A stretch of 64,000 nt of DNA from Eledone cirrhosa (Eukaryota), in contig OZ024742.1 in the NCBI GenBank assembly GCA_964016885.1, forward strand, positions 139,624,001 through 139,688,000, written 5' to 3'. Position 1 is the stretch's first letter, and each line of letters opens with the position of its first letter. The notes under the pieces are model-generated. The model ran no database searches. It was not told where the DNA came from and worked only from the letters and a program-made list of their open reading frames with translations. Position numbers and translations under genes: made by a program. Below, piece after piece: positions 13,232 through 26,660 of this stretch.

Positions 13232-13356
13232 CATCATAGATGGAAAGAGAATCATAGACACAGCCAACAGATTCTTCAATTTCAGAGTCTTCTACTTGTA
13301 ACTCCACAAAATGAAAAGGATTTTGAGCTACGATTATCCACGTACAGGTTACATTC
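13232..13356 (-). CDS. Multi-CUB gene, CUB4 exon B (NVTCTWIIVAQNPFHFVELQVEDSEIEESVGCVYDSLSIYD)
   Basis: tttcag acceptor, gtaagt donor, 125 nt, phase 2-1; CxW and CxxD.L.IYDG motifs; absent from ORF track. Confidence 0.92.
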
Positions 13357-13585
13357 CTGAAAAATAAAATTTATACAATCTCAATAATACGCTGACTAAT
13401 ATTTAATGCTCCGAAGAAATAATCAAGATACGATAAACTGGTTGTAGGTCAGAAAATATGTTTTAAATCTATAATAGTAAAGTCAGAATATCTGTCACTT
13501 TGTAAGTCTTTGAAAAATATATCAATGATAATGATTTTTATAAGTTCCGTGAAAATAAAAAAAATAGATCAATAAAGTAGCTCAC

Positions 13586-13679
13586 CCCTCATATACCATT
13601 GGATAATAAGGGGAAGTCATTGTGTGCCATATGTTCTTCAAAACTGTTATAAAAATCGGTTTCTCACAGATAGTATCAG
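13586..13679 (-). CDS. Multi-CUB gene, CUB4 exon A (DTICEKPIFITVLKNIWHTMTSPYYPMVYE)
   Basis: ttcttcatcag acceptor, gtgag donor, 94 nt, phase 1-2; SPxYPxxY motif. Confidence 0.9.
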
Positions 13680-14476
13680 CTGATGAAGAAAGATAACATT
13701 TAATTCTTCACAATGATGTTAATCAAGCTTTTACAGATGCAAAATAACATAACCAAATAGGTAAAGTTTGGGACAGTAAATAAGAATATGTAGATGATAA
13801 AAACTTGAATTCATAAAAGAAAAACTAGAGATGAATTTTATATAATGAGAGTTCAGTATAAACTCTTGGGGTTTAGTGGCAAATAGATCTTAGTGTGAAA
13901 TTTAATGAGTATAAGCAGTTGTGCTGATTGAAGGGAAATTGGTTTATAATGTGTAAATTAAAATGTTTGAGATCAACACAGTTTCTATAGAAAATAGTGA
14001 GCATTTGTTTTCCTGGACGATTTGCATTTCTGAAAAATGATGGGGAAATTAGCATACCTTCTGCATAAAAGACAAATAGAAATGCGAGCAAATAATATCA
14101 AATTAATTATAATTACATCCATAATGAGAAGGAAACAATTATTTATTCTGGTAAAAAAGGAAGTGGAACAATTCTGAAATTTAAACTAAATTAATTAGAC
14201 ATTAAATGGGAGTGCATAGTAAAGAGTAAGCCTAAACTTTAGTTTGAATGGTGACAATTCTAGACATGTTCCCCTCTTATTAGATTACTTTAGTGGCCAA
14301 TGTTTTTGTGGATACAATACGAAATGTCAGGGGTAACATGACAATGACTTTATATGGTTATTTGTCTAAAAACTGCAAGGAAATATTTTGAATTAAATAA
14401 CTTCCTAGCGTATAGATTTAACTTATGCAAAGAAGCTGTGAAGATGAGAGACAGAGTAAATATGAAAAATGTTTAC

Positions 14477-14626
14477 CTTGTATAAGATAATATGATAACT
14501 GAAAACCTCTGCCTGTAAAATACACATCCGTATGGAAATGAATAAACAAATAAGGGCTATGTGTATAGAACTTCCGTCTTGTTCCTCCACACCATCGACT
14601 GAAAATTGGAGAACTTCGTGAAGCGC
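14477..14626 (-). CDS. Multi-CUB gene, CUB3 exon C (GASRSSPIFSRWCGGTRRKFYTHSPYLFIHFHTDVYFTGRGFQLSYYLIQ)
   Basis: ttctcctaag acceptor, gtaaac donor, 150 nt, phase 1-1. Confidence 0.92.
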
Positions 14627-14974
14627 CTTAGGAGAAAAAAATAACAATATAAATATTCGGACAAAGCTTCTTTGATATTTTTAATCTTTTATTAGTGTCA
14701 GCTATGGCCATGCGGGGATCACCGTCAACAAATTACGACCTGAGGTTTTATATTAATTCTTAATGTACTATGTTTTTCTTTACTACACTTTAGTTTTTTC
14801 TGCAAACACTTGAAGAATCATCATCATCACCACCCTCTTGTTTAGCATCTGTTTTCCCTACTAGTAAGAGTTGGATCCATCGTCACAGACCAGTTAGTAT
14901 TGAAGTGGAGCCACTGATCTCCAGTCATGCGATCCAAGGCTCAACCGAATGTACTTTATTATTATTCCAAAAGA

Positions 14975-15160
14975 GGGCAGTGGATTGGCAGTATTGGTAG
15001 AGGGTCGGACGCCATGCTTTCCAACATAGTTACGTCCCTTTACGGTCTGAGTTCAAATCCCACTGAGGTTAACTTTGCCTTTCATCCTTATGGGATCGAT
15101 AAAATAAAGTACCAGTAATGTACTGGGTAATTGCTGGCCTTGTGCCAAATGTAGAAACAA
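14975..15160 (+). mobile_element. tRNA-derived SINE with 15-bp target-site duplication
   Basis: A and B boxes and conserved core; ttattattccaaaag at 14959-14973 and 15161-15175. Confidence 0.9.
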
Positions 15161-15734
15161 TTATTATTCCAAAAGTAGGGAAGTTATGTCATTGACTCAG
15201 CTAAAGAGTTCTTCTTGCCCTTTGTTTGGCAGGTTTACTATGAAAGTCACAAAAACGTGGGAGGTTGTTTGTTAAATATACTTTGGGTTTGATCACACAG
15301 TTAATATCACTATTGATAGTTGCAGGTAAAAGATGGACATGGAGGACAAAGTGAATGATTGGTTTGAATTGAGCATTTTTGTAACCATCTTTTTAATTAA
15401 ATATACTGACCATGTTTCTTTACAGTTTGAAAATATTGAAGAGTTTAAAGGAATTTAGTAAAACCTTTCAATTATTACGCCGATACCTGGAGCATAGTTT
15501 AACAAATGATCTTAATGGAAGCTGGTAACTTAAATATGAACACTATAAAACTAGGGGCAATCTCTGATGGTTTGGTATCGAAGGGTAAAACAAAATTCAA
15601 GGATATGTCTGCATGTATGTGTGTGTATTAAGAGAGAGAGAGAGAGAGAGGTGGGGTCAAACATAGAAACAGACAGAAAGAAAATGGGTACGAAAATGAA
15701 AGATAAATAGTGTGAAAAAAACCAAAACACTAAC

Positions 15735-15859
15735 CCAAATATATTTCCACATAATCTTTCATGCAGCTTTGTGAATACTCAATGTCTGAATCAATAACAT
15801 CCAAATATATTGGCCGACCAATAGCACTTGAGGTGATCAACCAGGAACAAGAGAGGTTA
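15735..15859 (-). CDS. Multi-CUB gene, CUB3 exon B (NLSCSWLITSSAIGRPIYLDVIDSDIEYSQSCMKDYVEIYL)
   Basis: ttttgcag acceptor, gttagt donor, 125 nt, phase 2-1. Confidence 0.92.
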
Positions 15860-16329
15860 CTGCAAAATATATACATAACTATATCGGCAAGTGTTATTAT
15901 GAACAAATAAGGAGTACTCAATATGTCAAATAAAGTAAATATTCATAATATTATAGTCAAAGTTGACTACTTTATCATTACTTTCCATTGTCATGTTGGA
16001 TGATAATCATCTGTTGGCAGGTGAGCAAAAAAGTAACCAAAGATTACAGCTAATTCAAAGTTGATAATATACCTATGTTGAAACACTTGCACAAATGTAA
16101 TATAAATTATTTATATATATATGTGCGTGTGTATGTGAGAGAGAGAGACAGAGAGAGAGAGTATGTGTGCATGTAAAAATATCCTGTGACTGGTAGACAG
16201 CGGTGGAATTTGAAAATCGAATTATATTAGAAGGTATTCTCTGGATGAATCTAGGTTATGTAGGAGTATGGGATCGATGGTCAGCTTCTTTTTGCCCTAA
16301 TGTCTCTATACGAATGCCTGAGTACTTGT

Positions 16330-17000
16330 GTTCGGATAAATCAAAACCATTCAATGTGGGAATTAGACTCCATCAAGGGTACGTACTGTCACTTCTCCTA
16401 TTCATTATTTTCATGAACAAGGGTGGTGGATTAGTAGTATCGGTAGAGGGTTGGACGCCATGTTTGCAGCAAAGAGTTACGACGCTTTATGATCTGAGTT
16501 CAAATCCTGCCGAAGTTAACTTTGCCTTTCATCCTTAAGGGGTCGATAAAATAACGTACCAGTAATACACTGAGATAATTGCTGGCCTTGTGCCAAATGT
16601 AGAAACAATTATTTTCATGACCAGGATTGACATGCCTAGTCGGGTTGGAAGTGGTATCACGACAGGCAGCTGTAAAATCCGTCGGCTGGAATTTACAGAC
16701 AACATGGTGTTACTTAGCTTGACAGAAAGTGATCTACTTGCATTTAATAGGATTGATGGCGAGTGCTGCATAGCTGGAATGAAAATCAGTGCTACGAAAA
16801 CTTCTGATTACCGAATGTTGAAGCTGGCACATTACAGCACCAGCTCCTGCAATTCTTGCACTTAATTCAGCCTCCTGCCTTCCATCAGTTGTGAACATGG
16901 CACCGAGATATTTGCATTTCTTCACTTGCTTAAGTGGAACTCCATTAATATGTAGAGTGCACTACACAGGCTTCCTTGAGAGGACGAGTGTCTCAGGTTT
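16330..17000. mobile_element. Rearranged degenerate RTE-like RT fragment interrupted by a SINE (about 16420-16610)
   Basis: GIRLHQGYVLSLLLFIIFM and LEFTDNMVL on +; KCKYLGAMF on -; SINE flanked by an attattttcatga-like duplication. Confidence 0.7.
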
Positions 17001-17639
17001 CGCACACATATGGGTGTGTGTAATTTTTTAATAACTTTTTATTACTTTCTGTGTCTCTTTTGTCTGTACTGTTCGCGACATTTAAACACTAAATCTTTTC
17101 CTTCATTGTAGACTGTTTGTTCGTTTGTTTTATTTTCTTTCGATTTGTGTCACAATTTATGTACAGCAATAGGCTTATTTTGGGCCTGCCAATGTGTTGT
17201 TATTCAGCGTGGATTCTTTCTATTCTGACGCCCAAAAAATTGCAGTCACCTGCTATGAATTGATGATGAATAATTGTTTATTTTGTCCTGCCTTCCATTT
17301 GAATTTTACTAACGCTACACAGTCAATTTTCTTTTTTCATAACTGTGACTACAAACCCCTTTTCATCATCCATACCATTTGCGTCCCCCTACTTTTAACC
17401 CTTCAGTGAAGTCATCTGATGTTGCAGGTTAGCTTTTCTATTTTCATCTATTGACACCAGTTGTTGGGTTTTTCATCTCTATCTGGGTCGCAAGGATCTT
17501 TCTTTCTTTCTTTTTCCTCCAGTGTGATGACTTATTTGTTGTCTGTATATGTTTTGAGTCTAACGAAAGGAGACTGAACACAATACAGCTACCCACCTAT
17601 ATCTATGTATACACACGCACATATATGTATGTATATATA

Positions 17640-18465
17640 CTAGCTGAATGACCCGGTGTTGCCCGGGTTACTGCTGATTAATTAACAATAAATATAGAGA
17701 TATATTTTTTTTCTTATAATTATTTCAAAATATCTACATTTTATTAAAAAAAATTTCAAAATTGTAATGATAATAGAATTTAGAAACGAAAATCTGTCAA
17801 TCTTGAAGCACTGCAGGGTAAACAATATTCATTGTGTAATTTTTTGTTGGTGTCCAAATGTAATAAATTGTTGCTGCTTCCAACTCATGAGCAACCAACA
17901 TAGAGATGACTGGGGGCGAAAAATTTAGTAGAGAGATTAAGTCCAACTACTTTGAGGGACTGACCCTATGATTTGTTAATTGAAATAGCAAAAATTAGTT
18001 TGACTGGAAACTGAAGCCTCTTAAATTCAACTTCACATACACTCACACACATATACTTGTCAGTCACTACATATTTATATGTATGTGTAGATGTATGCGT
18101 CTGTTTAATTCTCTGTGTATCTGATTAAATATTTACGTGAAGATGTATGTGTATGTAATGTACTAAGGCCTAACGTTTGTAACGAATGCGAAAACACACT
18201 CACACTCACAGACATATACACATTCATATACAAAATGTGACGTTGTCATGGTAATCGTGTTATAAAATGTTGTTTACTTATTGTTGACTATAGTAGAATA
18301 TTTTAGATAAAATGTTATATTGTTTTAATCCAAATGAAAATAAAAATTACATGTTAATCCTAGGGTCTAATACCTTGTAAAATGTGATTTGATTTGGTCG
18401 AGCCGTTTGAGAATAGATAAGGAAACAGACAAACAAAGAAACAAAGAATTAGATATATAGAGAGA
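17640..18465 (-). mobile_element. Non-autonomous Helitron carrying a PIF1-helicase C-terminal remnant
   Basis: A|TC 5' end; 3' hairpin acccgggcaacaccgggt and CTAG|T; helicase motif V/VI remnant (FPVKL...INKS.GQSLKVVGL); paralogous to 44258-45155. Confidence 0.85.
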
Positions 18466-18919
18466 TGTATATATATATGTATGTATATGTGTGAGCGCAT
18501 GTGTGTGTGTGAATTAGCAGAGTCATTAGAACATCAGATAGAGTGTTTGTAGTATTCAATCCGATTCTCTGCTCCCTGAGTTCAAATCCCACCAATCATC
18601 TTTTCGAGGTCGATAAAAATGTACCAGTCTAGAAGTGGGGGTCGATACTTCTTCTATATCTCTTTTTCTTCCACCCTCTCACTCTCTCCTTCACTGGAAG
18701 AAATTTTCTGTACTCAGGCCTGGAAAGAAATGGGCTACACCAAGCTTTAAAATGTCCAAGAAAGCCTGTAATTCCTGATAGAGTCATAGGCGCCCCTACA
18801 ACTCCATCAGGAATTACGGGACCATACCATATATATATGCAAATACACACACACACACACACACACATATATATGAGAGTGTCAAAGTTTGCTTGAAGCA
18901 TTGTGGACTATCAAAAATA

Positions 18920-19442
18920 GTCATTTTGGAAGCCTCAACAATGCATATGGGTAATGAAAGAGAGATGTAAGAGGAAGCGTAGAAAGAGACATAGAGAGCA
19001 TAAAAGAATGTAGGAAAAGTGTAAAAAGTAATAACATGAGATAGAGTTACCATGGAAGCGATTTAATAATCCCTATATTTCAGATTTCACTTCCATCAAC
19101 AGGGGTTTTCCGAGGGGAAAAAAGTTGCATCGGAGAAGGACAACACAAGTCAGTTGTACGCACATGGTAAACAATGAAAGCCACATGTTGTCCTTCGCCG
19201 ACACAACTTTTTCCCCCTCAGAAAACCCCTGTTCATAGATGTGAAATCCGAAATATAGGGATTATTAAATCGCTTCCAAGGTAACTCTATCTCGTTTTAT
19301 TATTTTTTACACTTTTCCTACATTCTTTTACGCTCTCTACATACTTTCTACGCTTCCTCTTACATCTCTCTCTCTCTCATTACCAGCTGATTTTGTTACC
19401 TTGAGATTTACCCATCTGCATTGTTGAGGCTTCCAAAAAGAC
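18920..19442. mobile_element. Long foldback element (arms about 225 bp, spacer about 35 bp), probably inverted Penelope-like pLTR ends
   Basis: Arms mirror from ttttggaagcctcaacaatgca to gaaggacaaca; both carry a variant hammerhead-like CTGTT(G/C)A...GAAATATAGGG. Confidence 0.65.
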
Positions 19443-19560
19443 AAACACACAAGTATATATGCATATATATATATATATATGCATATATGTGTATGCATAT
19501 ATATTTGTATGTGTGTGTGTACGAATGCCTATTGTATATAAAAAAAATATTCATGTATAC

Positions 19561-19651
19561 CTGCTATAAAAATGGGGATAATCTGGTGAAATTAAATAAT
19601 TTTTCTTATTGCGAACTGCTTTTAGAACTGTCAATTCTGAACATTGAGAAC
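19561..19651 (-). CDS. Multi-CUB gene, CUB3 exon A (GSQCSELTVLKAVRNKKNYLISPDYPHFYS)
   Basis: attttcag acceptor, AG|gtatac donor, 91 nt, phase 1-2; SPDYPxxY motif. Confidence 0.9.
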
Positions 19652-21712
19652 CTGAAAATATAGATTTAAGATTATGAAAAAAAAATGATCTAGATTTAAA
19701 GTCTTAAACATAGAGTTGCACGGATTTGAATGTTTAGTTTCTTCTAACAGCATAAATTGATATAATCAAGATAAGATGCAGAAAGCCATAATTACTCAAT
19801 TATTTCAAAATGTAGGAGTTAATATCACCATAACTACAAGATGACAGCTGATTTTCTAGGCGTTAACATCAGACATGTAAACAGAAACCATGCAGAAAAC
19901 AAAACAAGTAGCTTATTAACATAAAAACGCCTCCTGCATATGCACACATATGTCAGCAATATTGATAGAATGATCTTCATGTTTTCTTGAGACAAAGGAA
20001 AGTTAGTATAGTTGCAACTACTGAAGAATAATGAACATAGAGAAATAAGTATGTTGACCCTTAAGCCCAAACCAAACCTAACTAATGAAACCAAACTCCA
20101 ATCGTCAAAAGAATCAGAGAGAAGGGTTAGAAAAACGTGTCTATAAAATAGAATATTGTCGACAACATATTCCATATATCAGTGATCCCTAAATTGTAGA
20201 CTATGTTGAACTAAAGAATTCCCAATATTAGTACAATTAGTGAGTTCACAAGAGATCTTATAGTTCAATGTATTAAGTGAATGGAACATTAATGTGAAAA
20301 TGATGGAATTTGGTATATATGCACGTTATGTGGGTGAGTGTGTGTATATATTTTATTGCTCATAAATATGCCAGATCAATTTTTACTATAGCGTTTGGGG
20401 GAAGAAGGAGAAATGTGTCATACAGTACGAAACGTTGATGTGTATTGTCAGACTTAAGGTGGGTGTCGTAATTTTGTCGTAATTTTGTCTGTGGAAATTG
20501 AATGTCTGAACCTTATATGTCTCTCCACGAGGAAAACAAGATATAAGCAGCCTTTGGAGTTAAGGTATTTGCTTGCTAATTTCAATCCCTGTAGAATTCT
20601 GAACTTATCCCTGGTGCAAAATAGGGTTAATATATGGTCTTGACTTTTCCAGAATTCTCCATGTTATTGTATGAGAGATACTTCTGTCTTTTAATTGACA
20701 GATACGTTTTGCAAAGAAAGTGTCAATGAAAGTGTCTCAGAGTGTCCAATGGCCGAGAAATGTGAGTAGAAATTTTGGTTGCATCTATCTGTCTTGCATA
20801 CCCACATATCTTTCACTGCTAGCTGCTTGTTTGTTATTCACAGGTGCCACTTCGGCTTCATATACTATATACTTAATACTACAACACTGTTGCAGAAGGT
20901 AGTCGTCCTTTATCCTGTTAGAGCATGCCGAAACTTGTCAGTTAATATTGACCTCCTGGAGGAGCCACAAGAATAACATCTTCACAGAGTGCCTGCTGAA
21001 TATCTTACTCTACCTGTATTTGGGAGAGAAATGTTTGTGGTTCAGATATAAGACCTCTTACTTACGTTAGTCTTTACATTTAGGGAGTAGAGAATGGTGA
21101 ACCAGATTATTTATCTATTCCTATTTTTAGGTTTGTTATGTGGTGGGGGAGGTTTTGAAGGCGCTTTCTAATTGAGCTCTGTTGTAGTAAGGTGCTGCAA
21201 ATATTAGTTGTTTGATTAACCAACTCATTAAGTAACATATACGTAGCTGAATATTCCACAGACATGCGTACTTTTAACGTAATTCCAAAGCCAAATCAGC
21301 GTAACAATATTTGACAAGGCTGGACTTTTGAATTACAGGCACAATCCGATGAGCTGCCAAACAGTTTACGTTTACTTATTGCCATTCACAAGAATAGGGT
21401 CCACTTGAGGCTATGGTAGATATATTTGCTTCAGATGCCACACAGTAAAATCGAACAAGGAGTTTCATGATTTCGATGGGAACCACTTAACTCTTTGTCG
21501 TGTTTGCGTCCACACATACATATACAGCTTCAACAAATAGATTTTCCATAATTTTGATAAATAAACATTTACCCAGCATATTTGCTACAGCTCAGTAGAC
21601 AGAATCGGGAACACGTTAAACGAATAATTGTAATAAATTGATAACATTCTACCGATAATGTACTGAATCTTTTTTCCACTTTGATAACATACCTACTCTT
21701 CTTCTTACTCAC

Positions 21713-21865
21713 CTACTTTTGCAGATACATATTGGGCTTTAAAACCGACATTGTCTCCTTTATCATCGACGTAGAAGGAGACATAGATTTTTCTTCCTGT
21801 ACTCTTCACTTCAGGGAACTCTTGACCGCAGTAGATTCCAATAAGGGAGCTGTTTTCATTGTGAC
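21713..21865 (-). CDS. Multi-CUB gene, CUB2 exon C (GHNENSSLIGIYCGQEFPEVKSTGRKIYVSFYVDDKGDNVGFKAQYVSAKV)
   Basis: tattgcag acceptor, gtgagt donor, 153 nt, phase 1-1; YCG and GFxAxY motifs. Confidence 0.92.
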
Positions 21866-22519
21866 CTGCAATATAAAACTATGTTGTGTTTATTACAAAC
21901 ATGTAGAAAGCTACAAAATGAATGCTTCATTACATTACACCCTAATAGAAAACTTCATTGCTAATTTCTTTTTCTTTTTTTTTCAATCAAGTTCTGTGCT
22001 AAGATTTTATGAGCTAACCAATATAAACCAAGTCTCTATGATCTATGTCAGTATGAGCTAAGTGCTTATACCTTCCATTAAGTTCCATAAAGACCTGTAA
22101 TTACATATGGTTTCATAATATTCTACGTTCTAATAGATATTTCTAACTGCATAAAATTGTGGAAGGAGGGCCTGGTAAAAATTCCAACAATGCTGAATAT
22201 AAAGATGGAACCAGCAGAGTATGTGTCGAACGTCTCACAGACATACCTTAAATCGACTGTGTGTTGTATTTGGCTTAACAAAAGACACCAAAAGGAAATG
22301 GGAACATGTGTATTTCCCATTGTGTGACACCAGAACAGTACAAAACACAAAGTACCTGTTGGTTTTCCCATTAACAGATTTCTCTCGTTTTGGGAGAATT
22401 TAAGGTACAAGGAGAATTTAATGTACAAGGTTACTTGAAAAGGAGAATGATACAAACATGAAATAGTAATAGTAGTAGTAGTCGCTAATTTATTCTCAAG
22501 GCCATTAATTTTAAATCAA

Positions 22520-23030
22520 TCCTATTAGCTGACCGGTGCTTTATTTATCGACCCCATATGGATGAAAGGTAAAATGGATCGCATTTGGATTTGAACGTAG
22601 AATGCAAAGAGCCGGATCAAATAACGCATTGCATTTTGGTCATTGCTCTAATGATTCTGCAAATTGACCGACCTTAATAATTGTTTCTACTTTTGGCACA
22701 AGGCCATCAATTACCCAGTACATTACTGGTACTTTGTTTTATCGACCCCGTAAGGATGAAAGGCAAAGTTAACCTCAGCGGGATTTGAACTCAGACCGTA
22801 AAAGGACCCTCTACCAATACTGCCAATCCACAGCCCATTAATGATGATCGACCTTAATAATGATAATAGTTTCTACTTTAGGCACAAGGCCAGCAATTTG
22901 AAGGGAAGGGAAGTCGATTAAATTGACCTCAGAGCGTTAATGGTACTATATTTTATGGATCCCATAAAGGGCTGTAACTCTATGTCACGAAGCATGGTGT
23001 CCAACGCTCTACCAATATTGTCAATTCACA
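22520..23030 (-). mobile_element. Cluster of three tRNA-derived SINE copies
   Basis: Repeated atcgacccc...ggatgaaagg...tttgaac core. Confidence 0.8.
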
Positions 23031-23039
23031 TTAATAATA

Positions 23040-23590
23040 ATGATTTCATTTATTGGCCACAAGGGCCTATTCAGATTAACCAGCCTACAGGTGCATGGTC
23101 AGAGTAGGCCCACTCACAAGGGCCATTCTTGCCACATTTATCCACCTTTTAGCAAATGTACTGGGGGCAACACTTCTCCCTCCACCCTCACCCTTCTTTC
23201 CAGGTGAAACTTGAAGAAGTTGAAGAGGGATTGGCCGAAGGGAAAAGTGTCTGTCTTCAGTCCTTTCAACCTGGTCCACCATACAACCTCTTTCGCAACA
23301 GCCACCAGACAGAGGAAAATTGCCTGCCCTTCCTGGCCAAAAGAAGACAGCAGGTTGACTTCACTATGGACTCAGCTGATAGCCGGATCCGTTCTATACA
23401 GCTGTTCAACATAACTCCACAAGTCAGTAATGCACGGACATTTGACGAGTGCGTGCAGAACAGTTTCATCGCTCTGCGCGCATCTCGGTCAGGTCCGTCT
23501 GACAGCACTTCTGTGCCTGTAGAGTTTATTTCGAACCAGCAGTGCCCCGGTAGCACTGCCAAGTGAGGGATTTCTGGAAGTTATCTATCG
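23040..23590 (-). mobile_element. L1/Tx1-like LINE 3' end
   Basis: FAKRWINVARMA-type C-terminus; related copy at 43200-43760. Confidence 0.6.
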
Positions 23591-23799
23591 TCCCACCTAA
23601 TAATAACAGATTTTATTGGTCACATGGGTGCAACATTGAAGACAATATAATGAGGAAAAACAACTCAAAGTAGGGAAATCAATAAAAATCAATAGATATA
23701 ACAATAACAATACTAAATCATAATAATAACAATACAAACAAATTGAATAAAAATCAACATTACCTAATAAAGGAAAACTCCCTCCCTCAAGTAAACCAA

Positions 23800-25310
23800 G
23801 GGAAAACCCTACAAAAATCTACCAGGTTACTATAACGCATCAAAGGCGCACAAAGTGTCCTCTCCTGTTTAGAAAAGTGTTCTTAGAGTAGGCTTAGTCA
23901 GTCTTGTAAATATGACTGCTCTTATCCATCTTTCATGCAACATACTAAAAAACAGCACATTCCTCTGTTTCAAGAATGCTCTAAGGGCTTGACCGAAGAG
24001 AATACTCCTGTCTTCAATCCTTTTAGTTTCTTCACCATAGCCACCTGACAGTGGACAACTTGTGCATTTCCCTGCCAAAAGAAGTTAGGAGTTCTATTTT
24101 CATAATAGACTCCCCTGATAGTAGGATATGCCTTTCGTCTGTTAACAACTCAGAATTAGCCCATAGGTTTGCACTGCATGGATACTGGGTGCTAGCATGC
24201 ACGACGGTTTTGTGCATCTCAGACAGGCTCGGCTATCCAGACTTCCATGCTTCCAGTACTTGACTCAAAATGGTTATACAAAGGATTTCTTGAAACTGTC
24301 CAACCTAAAATACATGTTAAAAGTCTACTCAGACAGTTTTCGCTGACACCCAGAGTAGTTCTCTGGCTATTCTCATTCATACCTCTATAGAAAGTGAATG
24401 TAGTTTTCCAGCCGCCCATTATATAATCTGGTGGACTGCCGTGGGTATCTGTCAGCAGTTTTGATGCTAGATGCCCAACTTCTCTTTATTCTTGGACCAG
24501 GGTTGTAGCACAGTTAAGTAGATGAGTTGCAGAAAAGAAAAACTGCCGCACAAAAGGCGCCCAGATTGATTGATATTTGCTTTTGTCGTCACAGTGGTCA
24601 AGATAACTGATTAGGTACATTAGCTGCAGTAAGTGCCTGCACATCATTAGTGATAGCATCTCGAGACCACCAAGACGTTGGTGTTGGCAGCTGATGGATT
24701 TTCTGTCTAGTTAATCTTATCTCTTCTAAAAAAAAAGCGAAAGATCATTAGCTCCAATTTGGTCAGGTGTTTGGAGGATACAACATGATGGCCAAGTGGT
24801 AGTAGACCCCTGAAGCGATGTAACCATTTACCTCTTTAGCCTGACCTTTGCAGGACAGATTTCTTTTAGCCCATTTCTGGGTAAAATTGTCTACATTAAT
24901 CGTGACGTGCTTCAACTTTTGTCCACCTTCAGTTTCGGTCCAAACCAGACACTGAGTACTTTAATGGAGCTGCCATATATGTACACGATCAGAGCGCCCT
25001 TGTGACCCAATTCAAGTAAATGGGACGCCCCTCAAAGTTTTCATCATCTGTAACAAAGGCTTCAACAATAATAAATAGAGGAGAGAGGAAGCGGAGCTTG
25101 GTTAACGGATTGAGTATTCAATGCAAAGTGGATCTGCTAAGTGGCCGTTTAGCTTGATCACTGAACAGATTCTAACAATTCATCTGAGAACAGGACAAAA
25201 GACCTGCTACTCTTAGATCAACAACCAAGTAGTGACAGTCGAACTTGTCAAAAGTTTTGGACTTATCAAATAGATCGCACGCTTCCAAAGCCAGATCTAT
25301 TCCTGGTAGA
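23800..25310 (-). mobile_element. Degenerate L1/Tx1-like LINE (RT and C-terminal remnants)
   Basis: DKSKTFDKFD (KAFD-like) near 25240-25270; GGLEMLS near 24655; heavily mutated. Confidence 0.55.
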
Positions 25311-25435
25311 AGTTTTTAATTTTTATTTTTTCATCAATTGTCTCAATAGTTTGATATGTGGCTAAATACCTCATGTTACGAATGTGTTTACCAGTATGTG
25401 TTTATGAGGTCATTATAAGAACATATAACACTAAC

Positions 25436-25560
25436 CATCATATATACGAACGGAATCTGCTGTACAGTTTGGTGTTTTTTCAATGTCAAAATCAAGGAAC
25501 TTTAAATGTACCACTTCTCGTGGATCGTCGGCACTAATCAGCCAGTGTCTGTCAGTATCA
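25436..25560 (-). CDS. Multi-CUB gene, CUB2 exon B (DTDRHWLISADDPREVVHLKFLDFDIEKTPNCTADSVRIYD)
   Basis: tttttatag acceptor, gttagt donor, 125 nt, phase 2-1; F.DFDIE...C..D.V.IYDG. Confidence 0.92.
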
Positions 25561-26563
25561 CTATAAAAATAAAACAAAGAAAGGAAAAAAAGAGAGAAAG
25601 ATAATGAGAGAAAGTCAATGGATGTGATGAAATATTTGGATTAAGAGAAGAGAATGAATTATGTAATATATAAATATTTAAATATATATTTTAAAGAGCA
25701 GTGGATTCGCAAAAACAACTGAGCGTCGTACAAAATGCCTTGCTTACACTGTTGTTTCCAATCCAATCCAGGGCCTTCACACTCCTGTTGGAGGAACCCC
25801 TCTCTGGTTGACCTCCACAGCTTTCTGTTTGGTTTTGGTCATGTCAGAGGTGACACTGTACAAATCATGCTTGGCCAATTGCAGGTTGGTGAGGTTATTT
25901 AACCCATGTTGGGGTAGATGTCTCTGAGTTCATCTGCCCTTTTAACAGCTCTTGTTTTTTGTGCTGCTGGAGTTCCACTTACCCTTCTCATCAAACTACA
26001 GTCTGGTGGAGGGAGTCGGTTTAGTCACCAGCCTCCCGGGCATGTAATATATAAATATTTAAATATATTTTCAAAATAGAAGTGAGTTCACAAAAACACA
26101 AGAGCGTTGGGAAAATGCCTTGCATACATTGTCGATGTTTAACCCCATGTTAACTCTGATGGAATGAGCATTCGAGTCGTAACGATCCTGTCTTTGTCCA
26201 ATATATCCTTTAAGAAGAGAAAAGACTCTCTGCCATATAGTTACATATACTTTAAGGTGATGAAAGATAGAAAATATCTTAGAACGTATAAACTGAGATC
26301 ATATAAGCTTCAACTAAGGTTAACATGTTAGCTCTCCAAATACCAGGACTTGACCGATCGCAACCTTTTCGTGCCACCGGTTTCCTCGGTCCATGGACTG
26401 CCATTTTCATTTGCAAAATTGGGAGAAGTGCATTCTGTCTGAGGAAGGAACCCCGTGAAATGGACAGGTTGATGTAGCGGGTGTCGCTGGCTATTCTTTG
26501 TAGCAATGCTTTCGATATTTTGTCCAAATATAGTATGGTGGAGTGAAAGTTTAATAAACTAAC

Positions 26564-26660
26564 CTGCCATAATATGGTTTGGGATAGTATGGTGTAGTGA
26601 ATTCTTGCCATTGGTATGGATGTGCAGTTAACGAGACATGCCTCATTTTAGGGTTCGGAG
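26564..26660 (-). CDS. Multi-CUB gene, CUB2 exon A (PNPKMRHVSLTAHPYQWQEFTTPYYPKPYYG)
   Basis: ttgttgtcag acceptor, AG|gttagt donor, 97 nt, phase 1-2; TPxYPxxY motif. Confidence 0.88.

Noticed and set aside
21693-21712. Alternative donor 20 nt beyond CUB2 exon C
   Set aside because: It would introduce an in-frame TAA; no evidence of use.
26279-26611. 110-aa minus-strand ORF as a separate gene
   Set aside because: It overlaps CUB2 exon A in another frame and runs into the intron; no recognisable domain.
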